DNA of 64,000 nucleotides from Myxococcota bacterium (GTDB lineage: Bacteria; Myxococcota_A; UBA9160; UBA6930), in NCBI GenBank assembly GCA_965223705.1, contig OZ245015.1, positions 4,352,001 through 4,416,000 of the forward strand, given 5' to 3'. Numbering within the stretch: the first letter of the stretch is position 1; each line of letters begins with the position of its first letter. Below the pieces are notes generated by a model, which was given only the letters and a program-made list of their open reading frames with translations, was not told the origin of the DNA and searched no databases. Shown in pieces: positions 56,865 to 64,000 of the stretch. A program made the translations under genes and the position numbers.

Positions 56865-57458
56865 TTGGACGACTACTACGCCCCGCACCCGACGCGTCGA
56901 CTCGACGAACCCCTGGTACTCGCCGGCCAGGTCGGTTCGGGTGTCGCGCAGATCGGCCGGGCGATGGCCGCCCGCACGGGGATCCCGTTTTCCGACGTCG
57001 ACCGGATGGTCGAGAACGCCGTCGGCCACTCCCTGCCCCACCTGCTCTCAAAGCGCGGCCTCGGAGTTCTCGTTCACGAGAGTCTCTACGCACTCGATCG
57101 CGCGCTGACGCGACGCCCGCCTGGGATCGTCATTCTGGGCAGCGCGGCCGTGACACAGGAACAGTTGCAACCGTTTCTCGATCGGGCCCGCTTTGTCTTC
57201 GTGACGCGCCCGAAGGAAGTGCTCTTTCGACGTGTGCGAGCGCAGCTCGAGGCCAACCCGGGCAGTCTGTTTCAATTTCAGCTGGCCGAACCGCGCGCTG
57301 TCTCGGATCTCGAGCCACTCCTCGCTGCCCGCGATTCCACCCTGCGGCACGCCCACGCAGTCGTCGAGGCTGGAGACCGACACGCCAATGAGATCGCGAC
57401 CGAGCTCCTCGGCGCTCTCGATCGCTTCTTGGGTGTGGTATCGCTCGCCGACCCCTAG
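56865..57458 (+). CDS. Shikimate kinase-like protein with degenerate P-loop
   Basis: LVLAGQVGSGVAQIGRAMA..G.PF.DVD..VE...G, R..L, LLAAR; TTG start. Confidence 0.65.
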   Translation: MDDYYAPHPTRRLDEPLVLAGQVGSGVAQIGRAMAARTGIPFSDVDRMVENAVGHSLPHLLSKRGLGVLVHESLYALDRALTRRPPGIVILGSAAVTQEQLQPFLDRARFVFVTRPKEVLFRRVRAQLEANPGSLFQFQLAEPRAVSDLEPLLAARDSTLRHAHAVVEAGDRHANEIATELLGALDRFLGVVSLADP

Positions 57459-57625
57459 GCCTTGCTCCTACGCGGACAGGCCTTTTGCTCGCTTTCAGAA
57501 CAAGGGCAGTTGGCGCCGACGCCGCCGCATGAGCCTTTGAGACTCCGACCGGTGAGCAGCACGCCGCCAGACATGGCGAAAACGGTGATCGCGAAGACGA
57601 CCAGGGTGGCGATGAGGAGTTCCAT
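57455..57625 (-). CDS. nqrM: Na+-NQR maturation factor NqrM (DUF539)
   Basis: TM followed by AMS.GV...RSLKGSCGG and further Cys; directly after apbE; GGAGG RBS. Confidence 0.85.
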   Translation of the reverse strand: MELLIATLVVFAITVFAMSGGVLLTGRSLKGSCGGVGANCPCSESEQKACPRRSKA

Positions 57626-57638
57626 GTGAGCCTCCGAA

Positions 57639-58751
57639 CTATTCGGGCAGCAGGTGCGGTGCGAAGGCTTCGGTGAACTGCACCTCGAAGCCATCCGACG
57701 CGCGGGTCATCAAGTACGCCGCGAGCCCCAGACGTGAAGCCAAAGCGTAGCCCTCATCCGGCCCCAAGACCGACAGTGCCGTAGCCCACGCATCGGCCCA
57801 CATGGCCTCGGCGTGTAGCACTGTCACGGAGGCCAAGGCGTGCGTGACCGGGGCCCCGACCCGGGGGTCGATGGTGTGGGAATAGCGCTGACCGTCTCGC
57901 TCGTAGAAGTTCCGATAGTCCCCTGAGGTAGCCATGGCCATGTCGCGCAGCACCACGACGCGATGGATGCTGAAACCCGCCGCCTCGGGAGTTTCGATCG
58001 CCACCCGCCAGTCGCGTCCGTTTCTGTGCTGCCCCTCCGCCCGCAGCTCGCCGCCGATTTCCACGAGGAAAGCGGTGTGACCGAGGTCGGCCAACCCGCG
58101 CGCCACTTCGTCGACGGCGAACCCCTTGGCCAGCGCCGAGAGATCGCAGGACAGCTCCGGAACCGTCTTCCGGACCGTCCCGGCGCTTCCGTCGATTTCG
58201 AGTTTCTGGTAGCCGGTTCGCTCGCGCAGGCGCGTGCGTTCGAGCGGGTCGGGGACGCGGGGCGAAGCCGACGGACCAAAACCCCAGGCCTCGACCAGAG
58301 GGCCAACGGTGACATCGAAGGCGCCCCCCGAAGCGTCGCTCACGACGCGCGCCGCCTCGAAAACGCGCAAGGTCGCGGGCGTAGCGGCAAAGGGCTCTGT
58401 CGAACGAGAAGCGTTGAAGCGCGACAGCTCGGAATCGTCTCGCCACGTCGACATCGCGGCGTCCACCGCCGCGATGCGAGCCTCGATGGATTCCTGCGCT
58501 TGCGCGACCGCGCTCTCATCGAGCTCTCCAGCGATCTTGACACTCCACGTCGTGCCGAGCGCGGCGCCGCGAAGCTCTTCGACCGGACGCTCTGGACGAG
58601 CGCCGTACAAGCGAATCGTGGCCGCGGCGAGCACCAGGAGCAGCACACCGAGAACGATCCGCGCGCGAAGCGGGAGTGGCGTGTGGCGAGGAGACGACCC
58701 CGGATTGTCCGTGCTCAGATGAAGAGGAGACTTCGGACTACCCGAAGTCAT
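57639..58751 (-). CDS. apbE: FAD:protein FMN transferase ApbE (start uncertain)
   Basis: [70 protein letters not shown]. Confidence 0.93.
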   Translation of the reverse strand: MTSGSPKSPLHLSTDNPGSSPRHTPLPLRARIVLGVLLLVLAAATIRLYGARPERPVEELRGAALGTTWSVKIAGELDESAVAQAQESIEARIAAVDAAMSTWRDDSELSRFNASRSTEPFAATPATLRVFEAARVVSDASGGAFDVTVGPLVEAWGFGPSASPRVPDPLERTRLRERTGYQKLEIDGSAGTVRKTVPELSCDLSALAKGFAVDEVARGLADLGHTAFLVEIGGELRAEGQHRNGRDWRVAIETPEAAGFSIHRVVVLRDMAMATSGDYRNFYERDGQRYSHTIDPRVGAPVTHALASVTVLHAEAMWADAWATALSVLGPDEGYALASRLGLAAYLMTRASDGFEVQFTEAFAPHLLPE

Positions 58752-59961
58752 CGAAGGCGATGTTCTCCGGCTCGACACCCAAGTCATCGAGCATGTTCTG
58801 CACCGCTTCGTTCATCATCGGCGGACCGCACAAGTAGTACTCGCAATCTTCGGGAGCGGGATGATCTTTCAGATAGTTGTCGAGGAGGACTTGATGGATG
58901 AAACCGGTGTAGCCCTCCCAGTTGTCTTCCGGAAGCGGCTCGGAGAGGGCCAAGTGCCACTTGAAGTTGTCGTTCTCTGCCTGGATCGTGTCGAAATCCT
59001 CGACGTAGAAGGCCTCTCGGAGACTCCTGGCTCCGTACCAGAAGCTCACCTTGCGATCCGTCTTGATTCTCCGGAACTGATCGAAGATGTGGGAACGCAT
59101 CGGTGCCATCCCGGCGCCACCACCGACGAAGATCATCTCTTTGTCGGTGTCCTTTGCGAAGAACTCTCCGTAGGGGCCCGAAATGGTGACTTCGTCGCCG
59201 GGCTTCAGGTTGAAAATGTAGGAGGACATGATTCCGGGAGGCACGTCCGGTTGCCGCGGCGGCGGCGATGCGATCCGGACGTTGAGCATGATGATGCCCT
59301 TCTCCTCGGGGTAGTTCGCCATGGAATACGCGCGTTCTTCGGCTTCATCGACCTTGGACACGTAGCGCCAGAGATCGAAGGTGTCCCAATCCGGGCGATA
59401 CTCCTCGGGAATATCGAAGGTCTTGTAGCTGACTTCATGAGGCGGGCATTCGATCTGGATGTATCCGCCGGCTCGGAAGGGAACTTCTTCGCCCGGAGGA
59501 AGCTCCAGGATGAGCTCTTTGATGAACGTCGCCACGTTGTCGTTCGAGCGCACCTTGCAGACCCACTTCTTGACGTCGAGGACCTCGGGCTCGACCTCGA
59601 TCCGCATGTCCTGCTTGACCTTGACCTGACACGAAAGCCGGACACCTTCCCGCGCTTCGCCCCGTGAGATGTGAGAAAGCTCCGTCGGGAGAATCGAGCC
59701 GCCGCCCTCGATCACTTTCAGGGTGCAGACGCCGCAGCTGCCTTTTCCGCCGCACGCCGAGGGCACGAAGATCTGACTCGCCGCGAGGGTTCCGAGCAGT
59801 GTGCTCCCACTTCGGGTCGTGATCGTCTTGTCGGGGTCTCCGTTGATCTCGATCTTCACCTCGCCGCTCGGCACGAGCTTCGCCTTGGCCGCCATCAGGA
59901 CCAATACGAGAACCAAGATGACGACCACAAAGCCGACGACGCCAAAAAGAACGGTGGTCAT
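58738..59961 (-). CDS. nqrF: Na+-translocating NADH:quinone reductase subunit F
   Basis: [47 protein letters not shown]. Confidence 0.97.
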   Translation of the reverse strand: MTTVLFGVVGFVVVILVLVLVLMAAKAKLVPSGEVKIEINGDPDKTITTRSGSTLLGTLAASQIFVPSACGGKGSCGVCTLKVIEGGGSILPTELSHISRGEAREGVRLSCQVKVKQDMRIEVEPEVLDVKKWVCKVRSNDNVATFIKELILELPPGEEVPFRAGGYIQIECPPHEVSYKTFDIPEEYRPDWDTFDLWRYVSKVDEAEERAYSMANYPEEKGIIMLNVRIASPPPRQPDVPPGIMSSYIFNLKPGDEVTISGPYGEFFAKDTDKEMIFVGGGAGMAPMRSHIFDQFRRIKTDRKVSFWYGARSLREAFYVEDFDTIQAENDNFKWHLALSEPLPEDNWEGYTGFIHQVLLDNYLKDHPAPEDCEYYLCGPPMMNEAVQNMLDDLGVEPENIAFDDFG

Positions 59962-59976
59962 TGTTATCTCCGCCTT

Positions 59977-60588
59977 CTAGAGCTGGATTCCGGAGAAGGC
60001 CATAAAGCCGATCGACATCAATCCGACGACTAAGAACGTGATGCCGAGACCGCGGAGCGGTTCGGGAACATCGCTGTACTTGAGCTTCTCGCGGATCGCC
60101 GCGAGCGCCATGATGGCGAGCGCCCAGCCGATACCCGAGCCCAGTCCGAAGACGGTCGATTCACCCAAGGTGTAATCGCGCTCGACCATGAAGAGCGACG
60201 CTCCCAAGATCGCGCAGTTGACGGCGATCAGCGGCAAGAAGACGCCCAGCGCGTTGTAGAGCGCAGGCACGTAGCGGTCGAGGGTCATCTCGACGATTTG
60301 CACCGTCGCCGCAATCGTCCCGATCAACGTGAGGAACGACAGAAACGAAAGATCGAGATCCGGCAGACCCGCCCAGGCGAGCGAACCCGGCCGGAGCAGC
60401 TTCTCGGTGAGGAACTGGTTCAGTGGCGTCGTCACCGCCAGCACGAAGATGACGGCGGCGCCGAGCCCGATTGCGGTTTCGACCTTTCTCGAGACGGCTA
60501 GGAAGGAGCACATCCCGAGAAAGAAGGCCAAGGCCATGTTCTCAACGAATATGGCCTTCGTGGCTAGGCTCAAGTAGTGCTCCAACAT
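59977..60588 (-). CDS. nqrE: Na+-NQR subunit E
   Basis: [30 protein letters not shown]. Confidence 0.97.
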   Translation of the reverse strand: MLEHYLSLATKAIFVENMALAFFLGMCSFLAVSRKVETAIGLGAAVIFVLAVTTPLNQFLTEKLLRPGSLAWAGLPDLDLSFLSFLTLIGTIAATVQIVEMTLDRYVPALYNALGVFLPLIAVNCAILGASLFMVERDYTLGESTVFGLGSGIGWALAIMALAAIREKLKYSDVPEPLRGLGITFLVVGLMSIGFMAFSGIQL

Positions 60589-61216
60589 GGAACTCCTCCT
60601 CGACTTGATCGGTCTTCCAGCTGCGCACCGCCCAGATGAAGCAGCCGATTAAAAAGAACGCCGCGGGCGCCAACACCATCAATCCGTTCGGTTCGTACCA
60701 ACCGCCTTCGGTCACGGGCTTGAGCACCGTCATGCCGAACACCTTGCCCGAACCGAATAGCTCGCGAAGGAAGGCGACAACCATGAGGATCAGGCCATAG
60801 CCCAGGCCATTGCCCAGGCCGTCGATGAGCGAAATCCGCGGCGCGTTTTGCATGGCAAAGGCTTCCGCGCGACCCATGATGATGCAGTTCGTGATGATCA
60901 ATCCGACAAACACCGAGAGTTGCTTGCTGACGTCATAGACGTAGGCCTTGAGCACCTGGTCGGTGATGATCACCAGCGAAGCGATGATCGTGAGCTGCAC
61001 GATGATGCGGATGCTCGACGGGATGTAGTTCCGGATCGCACTTACAGCGACGTTCGACGCGCACAACACGAAGATCACCGCGAGGGTCATCACGAACGCG
61101 GTTTCCATCTTCGTCGTGACGGCCAGCGCGGAACAGATGCCCAGCACTTGGAGCGCGATGGGATTGTTGTTGAAGAGCGGATCGAGCAGCGCGTCCCGAT
61201 CTTTCACGGCAGCCAT
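60542..61216 (-). CDS. nqrD: Na+-NQR subunit D
   Basis: [34 protein letters not shown]. Confidence 0.97.
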   Translation of the reverse strand: MAAVKDRDALLDPLFNNNPIALQVLGICSALAVTTKMETAFVMTLAVIFVLCASNVAVSAIRNYIPSSIRIIVQLTIIASLVIITDQVLKAYVYDVSKQLSVFVGLIITNCIIMGRAEAFAMQNAPRISLIDGLGNGLGYGLILMVVAFLRELFGSGKVFGMTVLKPVTEGGWYEPNGLMVLAPAAFFLIGCFIWAVRSWKTDQVEEEFHVGALLEPSHEGHIR

Positions 61217-61999
61217 CTAGATTCCCCTCTCGGCGCGGAACTGATCGAGGTATGCACCGAAACCATTGTCGCCGAGCCAAAACGCCAACGTGTGGCTGAC
61301 CCCGCGACTCGTGATCGTCGCGCCCGACAAACCGTCGACATAGAACGGATCGGCATCGGGCGGCCCCGCTCGGCCCTTCTTTACGCGGATCGCGACGTCA
61401 CCGTTCTGGTCGAAGGCCTTGCGCCCTTTCCAGAGCGCCTTCCAGCGCGGATTGTCGACCTCGCCACCCAAGCCAGGTGTCTCGCCGTGCTCGTAGAACG
61501 TGATCCCTTGGATCGTCTGCACATCAGCGCCGAGGGAAATGAAGCCGTAGAGCGTCGACCACAGGCCTTTGCCGTGGATCGGCAGAATCAGGGCCTCGAC
61601 TTCGCCGTCCGAACCTTTGACGTGGTACACCGACGCCTTGTTGGGAACCCGCCTGACCTTGGCGAGATTCTCCGGTGCCTCGCGGCTCTGATCCGGATCC
61701 GCAGCTGCGGCGCGCTGGTCGAACTTGGTCTTGTCGACCGTCTCGTCGTAGTTGCCGGTCGCCAGATCGACGATGTGCTGCTCGATGTTGCGCTCGAACC
61801 GGCCCGAGATTTCGGCGTCGGGCAAGCGCTCGCCGTCGCCCATCAATCCCGCGAGGGCGAGGACCTTCTTCTGGACGTCGAGCAGCTTGTTGCGCTCTTG
61901 ACGCTCTTTCAGCGATACGGCCGAGGTGGCGACGAAAACCGAGCAGACGCCGCACACGGCGAGTGCGAAAAGGACGATATAACGCGAACTATGCTCCAC
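61217..61999 (-). CDS. nqrC: Na+-NQR subunit C
   Basis: GKGLWSTLYG, HGETPGLGGEV, VDGLSGATITS (FMN attachment). Confidence 0.97.
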   Translation of the reverse strand: MEHSSRYIVLFALAVCGVCSVFVATSAVSLKERQERNKLLDVQKKVLALAGLMGDGERLPDAEISGRFERNIEQHIVDLATGNYDETVDKTKFDQRAAAADPDQSREAPENLAKVRRVPNKASVYHVKGSDGEVEALILPIHGKGLWSTLYGFISLGADVQTIQGITFYEHGETPGLGGEVDNPRWKALWKGRKAFDQNGDVAIRVKKGRAGPPDADPFYVDGLSGATITSRGVSHTLAFWLGDNGFGAYLDQFRAERGI

Positions 62000-63206
62000 T
62001 GCGCGCCAACCTCCGATTGATGTTCGCGCTCACGATGAAGTGATCGATCAACGGCGCGAACATGTTCATGAACAGGATCGCCAACATCATGCCTTCCGGG
62101 TACGCCGGGTTGATGACGCGGATGAGAACCACGAGGACGCCGATACCGAGCCCGTAATAGAACCGGCCCGCGGGTGTGTAGGCCGACGAGACCGGATCGG
62201 TGGCCATGAACGCCATACCAAAGGCCCAGCCGCCGAGCACCATGTGCCACCAGAAGGGAATCGCGAACATCGGGTTGCTCGCCGAACCCAAGGCGTTGAG
62301 CAGCCCTGAAAGGAGGATCGTCCCGAGCGTCACGCCGGCGACGGTTTGCCAGGACCCGACCCGCGTCAGCAACAAGATGCCCAGGCCGAGGAACGCACAC
62401 AGGGCGGAGGTCTCCCCCATCGAGCCGGGGATGAAACCGAAGAACGCGTCGCTAAAGCGTGCGCCTTCGAGCGCCCCTTCGGTCACTGCGGCCTGCGCGA
62501 GCAATGTGGCACCGCTGAACGAATCGACGCCGAGGAAATCCGCGGCGATCCACGGCTGATCGCCGCTCATGTACGCCGGGTACGCGAAGAACAGGAAGGC
62601 GCGTGCCGTCAGGGCCGGGTTGAGGAAGTTCATGCCCGTGCCGCCAAACACTTCTTTGCCGAAGACCAACCCGAAGGCCATACCGAGCGCGACCATCCAG
62701 AGCGGGATCGTCGGCGGCAGCGTCAGGGGCAACAAGAAGCCGGTCACGAGGAAGCCCTCGTTCACTTCGTGCCCGCGGATCATCGCGCTCCCGATTTCGA
62801 CGATGGACCCGACGATGAAACCGACGGTCAGTATCGGCACGAAATAGAGCGCGCCGAAAATCGCGCACAAGACGACGTTGCTCGGGTTGTACCAGAGGCC
62901 GAGCCCTTCGTAGAGCGACGTCTGCCACGTGTCGAGCGGCGCGGCACCCATGGCCATCGCGTTCATCGCTTGAAAGCCGGTGTTGTACAGGGCGAAGATC
63001 ACGCACGGTTGAAGCGCGATCACCACCGTGATCATCATCCGCTTGAGATCCATGCCGTCGCGAACGTGTGGCGCGGTGCGCGTCACATGTCCAGGCGTGA
63101 ACATCGCCGTGTCGTGGGCTTCCCAGAGCGGATAGAACTTCTCAAGCGGCCCGCCCTTCTGGAAGAGCGGATCGGCCTTGTCGTGCAGGTCGCGGAGAAA
63201 CTGCAT
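61989..63206 (-). CDS. nqrB: Na+-NQR subunit B
   Basis: HVRDGMDLKRMM, KEVFGGTG.NFLNPAL, FSGAT, GSMGETS, FMATDPVS. Confidence 0.97.
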   Translation of the reverse strand: MQFLRDLHDKADPLFQKGGPLEKFYPLWEAHDTAMFTPGHVTRTAPHVRDGMDLKRMMITVVIALQPCVIFALYNTGFQAMNAMAMGAAPLDTWQTSLYEGLGLWYNPSNVVLCAIFGALYFVPILTVGFIVGSIVEIGSAMIRGHEVNEGFLVTGFLLPLTLPPTIPLWMVALGMAFGLVFGKEVFGGTGMNFLNPALTARAFLFFAYPAYMSGDQPWIAADFLGVDSFSGATLLAQAAVTEGALEGARFSDAFFGFIPGSMGETSALCAFLGLGILLLTRVGSWQTVAGVTLGTILLSGLLNALGSASNPMFAIPFWWHMVLGGWAFGMAFMATDPVSSAYTPAGRFYYGLGIGVLVVLIRVINPAYPEGMMLAILFMNMFAPLIDHFIVSANINRRLARSGA

Positions 63207-64000
63207 CAGCCTTCTTTCTCAATCATCTCGAGGTTCTTGCGCAGGAGCGGCCCGTAGTCGGTCTTTCCCGGACAGACGAACGAGCAAAGCGCCAAGTCTT
63301 CCTCTTGGAGCTCGAGCGCTCCGAGTTTCTCCGCCTGTTCGACATCGCCCACGACGAGCGCCCGCAGGAGATACGTCGGCTGGATGTCGAGAGGCATCAC
63401 GCGCTCGTACATGCCGATCGGCACCATCGCGCGCGGCGACCCGTTGGTCGTCGTCGTCATCGGGAAGCGTTTGCCCCGGAAGAGCCGCGACAAATAGATC
63501 GGTGCGGACGAGAAAGCGTTCCACCCCGGTGTCAGCCAGCCGAGGAACACCCGCTCGCGACCTTCTCGCAGAACAGAGAGTTGGTTGTGGAACCGGCCCA
63601 GGTAGCCGAACACGTCGCCTTGCGCGGCCTTGCCGGAAAGAACGGAGCCGGCGATCAGGCGAACGTCGGCGCCGTCGGGGACACCGCCGGCGAGCTCCGC
63701 GATGTCGGCCCCGAGCCGGGTGTGCACCAGCATCGGATCCGTGACGGCGGGCCCGCCGATCGAAACGACACGCGAGACGTCGAGGACGCCGGTCCGGAAC
63801 AGACTTCCGGTCGCCATGACGTCCTGGTAGCCAATCGCCCAAACCGTCTTGCTGCGGCTCACGGGATCGACTTTGTGAATGTGGTAGCCCGCGGTCCCGG
63901 CGGGGTGCGGGCCCTTGAAATGCTCGACGGTGACATCGGCGGTGACGTGCTCCGGAATCTCGGAATCCGCGTGGACACACAAGTACGTCGCCCCGTCGGT
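63206..64000 (-). CDS. nqrA: Na+-NQR subunit A (5' end outside window)
   Basis: GPHPAG, GSVLSG, NGSPRAMVPIG.YERV.PLDI, LEL.EED.ALCSFVCPGK. Confidence 0.96.
   Translation of the reverse strand, partial: TDGATYLCVHADSEIPEHVTADVTVEHFKGPHPAGTAGYHIHKVDPVSRSKTVWAIGYQDVMATGSLFRTGVLDVSRVVSIGGPAVTDPMLVHTRLGADIAELAGGVPDGADVRLIAGSVLSGKAAQGDVFGYLGRFHNQLSVLREGRERVFLGWLTPGWNAFSSAPIYLSRLFRGKRFPMTTTTNGSPRAMVPIGMYERVMPLDIQPTYLLRALVVGDVEQAEKLGALELQEEDLALCSFVCPGKTDYGPLLRKNLEMIEKEG

Overview
GC-rich, gene-dense chromosomal segment of a diderm bacterium. The gene complement would fit a Myxococcota/Deltaproteobacteria-like environmental lineage, but that is inference only. No integrase, transposase, phage gene or CRISPR array was recognised. 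Left to right it contains: (1) a partial GGDEF-EAL gene; (2) CoA-dependent and lactam-type catabolic genes (two family III CoA-transferases, Zn-ADH, acyl-CoA dehydrogenase, hydantoinase/oxoprolinase A+B, omega-aminotransferase, 2OG-Fe(II) oxygenase); (3) a co-directional rimK(RCK_C)-rimB-like-M14 peptidase-MscS-CBS-mgtE-diadenylate cyclase cluster, with a divergent DUF21 gene; (4) a TamA/TamB-hydrolase-MlaA envelope block and a DAACS symporter with a sigma54 motif; (5) three tRNAs (Arg-UCU, His-GUG, Arg-UCG) with a 33-bp TTGACA-containing tandem repeat; (6) two PAS hybrid kinases, a frameshifted PEP-mutase-family gene and a linalool dehydratase/isomerase-like gene; (7) a BisC-type molybdoenzyme, BVMO, CcdA, an internally deleted YHS-family pseudogene, a divergent PQQ enzyme and a degenerate shikimate kinase; (8) the nqrA-F/apbE/nqrM operon. 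The most striking observation is a gene missing from the ORF track: a 170-codon AhpC/TSA-type redoxin (45671-46183) whose active-site CxxC position is encoded TGA-CCC-AAG-TGA. This is a predicted double-selenocysteine UxxU motif, followed by a SECIS-like hairpin. All product calls come from motif recognition by eye; no database search was run.
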